Source: Scyliorhinus canicula (lineage: Eukaryota). From it: DNA of 64,000 nucleotides. Position 1 is the stretch's first letter, and the number at the start of each line of letters is the position of its first letter. Below are positions 60,592-64,000 of the stretch, in pieces. The stretch covers positions 130,348,653 through 130,412,652 of the forward strand of contig NC_052162.1 of assembly GCF_902713615.1 (NCBI RefSeq), read 5' to 3'. Position numbers and translations under genes: made by a program. The notes beneath the pieces were generated by a model, which saw only the letters and a program-made list of their open reading frames with translations, was not told the DNA's origin and did not search any database.

Positions 60592-63469
60592 TATATACAA
60601 GGGCAGGCATTCACTTATTACACAATGGTATTCGTCAGTAGGAAAGATGATTTGGTGGTATCTGTTCTGCACTGGTTGCCTGCGGGCTTCAAGGATTTGA
60701 CTGTTCTTGACCTTAGATGTATTTTTAGGTTCTTCTGTGGATGTCTCTACCCGGGAAGGTGTCACAGTCTCTTTTGCAGAAGGGAGACGAGTAGTAGCCG
60801 GGTTCTTCAGCAATCTCTACTTCAGTGGAGTGACCACAAGTCACAGTCACATAATTAGGCTGTGTGGACATTGTTTCCACTTAAGGTAGTTCTGTCATAC
60901 ATGCCACTGGCACATCCACACGTGTAGACAGCAGCTGATCTGAGTGTTCTCTCCACACTAACTCATCTCCAATTTGTACTGTACAAGATATTGGACCAGT
61001 TTGAGCCAAGTTACAGGAACCCATTTCTCACAAGTGGTATGGCTGCGTGCCAACACATGCTCTCTTTGTTTAAACAAGCACCTTCTCGAATTAACTTAGT
61101 TCATTACCTGTACGTGCGACTGCTGATTGTGTCCTACTATGTCAGTCGTCCTCTGTGGTAAGAATAGATAAAAGGTAGTTTTCTAAAGTTGGGAAACTCT
61201 GAGTAGTCATGACTGTGTTGTTGCGATATGTCGCCAAGAAATTGTTTAATTGGCGATGTAATGAACCTTAGATTTCAGTGCATGCTTCAAAGACTGAACA
61301 AACCCTTCACTAAACCATTCGCGGATGGGTGGTAAGGTACTGATTTTATACCTTGAATACCACACATCTTTAAGTTCTCCTCGGCTCCTGACCCATAAAT
61401 TGTGGACCGCTGTCGCTCACGATTTGTCGTGGTTTCCCAAATCTGGCGGAAATCTCATTAAGTTTGTCAATGATTTGTTCTGCAGTCGTTGATTTCCTCA
61501 GGCCACTTGAAATGTGTGCCTACTACGACCATGAACATGTGCCCCTTGTATGGACCACCAAAGTCAATGTCTAGACGATGCCAAGGCATTTTAGGCCACT
61601 CCCATGGATGCAATGGGGGCATTGGCGATGTGTTCCTTGCCCATGCACATGACTGGTACAGTCCAGCCTTTTCCGCTATCTGAGCATCGATTCCTTCATT
61701 CCATCTAAAACTGGGTGTCCTTCATGTAATTATTCCAATACTCTTAGTTGCAAATTTAGAGGAATTATTACTCTTATTCCCCCACAACAGCATCCGCCAG
61801 TTGTACCGTCAACTCGTGTTTCCTGGAAATGTGCAGCTTTAATTCACCCTCCCCTTTAACGCCATTTTCAGTACCTTCCCATCACTGGTAAGTCATTGGG
61901 ACTTGAGCTGCAATCACTGGAACAGGTTCTATCTGCGCACAATGGAAGACATTTCCATTTCTAGGTGTTATTGGACCATTAGGCAGAGGCAAACGTGACA
62001 ACACATCAACATTGGCACGGCGCTCTGTTGGTATTTGATCTGATATGCACGTGCAGATAGAATCAAAGACCACTGTTGGAGTCTATTTGCTGCCATTGAA
62101 ATAATACCTTTATGAGGCCCGAAAATAGCTGCTGAGGGCCTGTTATCTGTCAACAGCGTAAAGTGATGACCATATAGGTATTGGCGACACTTTCTCACAC
62201 CAAAAATACTCAGTGCTTCCTTTTCCAACGCAGCATCACAAGCAAGTCGCAATGGTAACTTTGAGTTGAAATATACCAGCACTTCTGATTCCTACTTCTT
62301 TAGCTGATGGAATACTTTTTTACATTCTGGTTACCATTGCCAAGCTTGTTTCACACTCAATAAAGTACGTAACAGTTTGAGTAGGGTTTCGGGATGAGTT
62401 CCCCGCAGTAGTTAATTAACCCTAGGCATGATCTTAATTGTGTATATTCATTGATCACAGTAATTAACATATCATCAAGGTAACACTGTATCCCCTGTGA
62501 GCCACAGAGGATCTGGTCCATGGACCACTGAAATAAAGCAGGTGCTGACATTATTTCAAAAGGTAAACTCTTATAACAGAAAAGACCTGTATCTGAGATA
62601 ATGGTGAGCAGGTACTGAGATTCAGCTGCAACATTCATTTGCAGGTAGGCTTGAAATAGGTCGACCTTGCTGAACCTCTGTCCTCCTGCTAGGCTGGCAA
62701 ACAAATCCTCAATCAATGGTAGCGGGTGTTGATCCATGCACACAACCAGATTGATGGTTGTTTTAAAATCTCCAAAGGTGCAAATGGTTCCATCTTGCTT
62801 CATTACAGGCACAATAGGGGTTGCCCAGTCACTCGTGGCAATGGGTTCTAAGACTCCTGTATCATCAAGTCTCATTAGTTCAGATTCTACCTTTGGACGT
62901 ATAGTGCAGGGCATTGCTCCAGCCGTGAGACACACTGGCTGGCTATCTGGCTTGATCTTTAACAACACTTGTACTCCTTTCATGGACCCCAATATGCCCC
63001 AAAATACAATGGTCTGTAAATCCAACTTTGAATCAACGAAGCTATTTACTGCACTCCAGTTTAATATGATATTTTCCAGCCAAGAGCAGCCAAGAAAAAG
63101 AGCTGGTAAAACACCAATTTTTACTGTGATGCATCCTTTTAGAGGCATTATTTCCTCAGTGTAGATCCTCAGGATGATATATGTTAGCTTCAGTGGTAGA
63201 TGATTCAGTTTCTGTTCATAGATGGTCTCAGGAATTAATGAGACGGCAGCCCCCATATCAACCTCCAGTTTTACAGGTTGTCTTTTCAGTTTGGATTAAC
63301 CCAGAACCGATGTGATTCACCTTGTGCATATAGTAAATTCAACTTCAGTTACTCATCAGAACCATGTGCTGTATTTTCTTTGTTGTCATTCTTACTTTAT
63401 TGGTTGAAATTGTTTGTTTCTTCTTTTAGAAATGATCTGCATATTTCCTTGAACTTTTAGTTTTAATCG

Positions 63470-63796
63470 TTCATAGGATCTGGGCGTTGCAGGCTGGGCC
63501 AGCATTTATTGCCCATCCCTAAGGGCATTTTAAGAGTCAACAACATTGTTGTGGGTCTGGAGTCACATGAAGGCCAGACCAGGTCAGGGCGACAGATTTC
63601 CTTCATTAGTGAACCAGATTGGTTTTTACGACAATCGACAATGGTTTCACGGTCACCTTTAGACTTTTAATTACAGATTTTTATTCAATTCAAATTTCAC
63701 CAACTGTCCTGGTGGGTGGGATTTGAACCCAGGTCCCCAGAGCATAACCCTGGGTCTCTGGATTACTAGTCCAGTGGCAATACCACTGCCTCCCCT
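63470..63796 (-). mobile_element. tRNA-derived SINE of a different family, inside the Gypsy gag
   Basis: Head GGGGAGGCAGTGGTATTG..GGGTTCAAATCCC; tail GGGATGGGCAATAAATGCTGGCC. Confidence 0.75.
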
Positions 63797-64000
63797 CTGG
63801 AGAGGTGGTTTTATTCCAGCATGCTTTTGATGTGCGGCCAATTCTGCCACAATTTTTGCATTGGCGATCTTTGCTGCAGCAATCAGCCTGTGAATGGCCC
63901 GAAGCCACATATTTCCAGGAAACCTGAGTCGACAGTATAAGGCTGGATAGACTTTTTCTGGGTTGCAACCAGTTTACGGATCCTTGTGTCTGCTCCGTGT

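Larger units (their letters stand above)
60061..64000 (-). mobile_element. Degenerate Mag-like Gypsy element (gag knuckles, PR, RT, RH, IN, PPT, 3' LTR ~60061-60290); runs out of the window
   Basis: Twin knuckle remnant ..CKNCGRIGRTSKAC; ELDMGAAVSL; WATPIVPV..GDFK..YLDD; LRLACDA..TDNRP; PYHPSANG; PPT AGGGAGGGA. Confidence 0.88.

Noticed and set aside
62357-63256. 299-aa PR-RT ORF as a domesticated gene
   Set aside because: Protease motif altered (DMG), deletions, and flanking domains frameshifted; consistent with decay

Overview
Vertebrate genomic DNA, almost certainly a cartilaginous fish: HE1-type V-SINEs, a SacSINE1-like DeuSINE and shark-type CR1/L2/Rex1/L1 LINEs are present. A catshark is my inference and is unverified. 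The window is part of a tandem C2H2 zinc-finger gene cluster with strand order + - - + - + -. It holds four complete single-coding-exon genes (7-13 fingers), the 3' end of a fifth, two pseudogenes and two orphan gene scraps. No KRAB, SCAN or BTB domain is visible. The genes fall into two subfamilies. Type A starts MEG/EK..KPYTC. Type B starts MEKPWKC and has fossil fingers with shared TGA stops upstream of the ATG. All carry an invariant WKC..PS.LETH finger, and CpG-island promoters (CCAAT/GC-box/NRF1/YY1 motifs) lie upstream of them. Most of the remaining DNA is nested transposons: V-SINEs with three alternative 3' tails, Penelope-derived hammerhead ribozyme motifs, a Gmr1-order and two Mag-like Gypsy relics, hAT relics, Harbinger-like and Tigger-like MITEs. 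Repeat boundaries are approximate, and family names come from motif recognition, not database searches.
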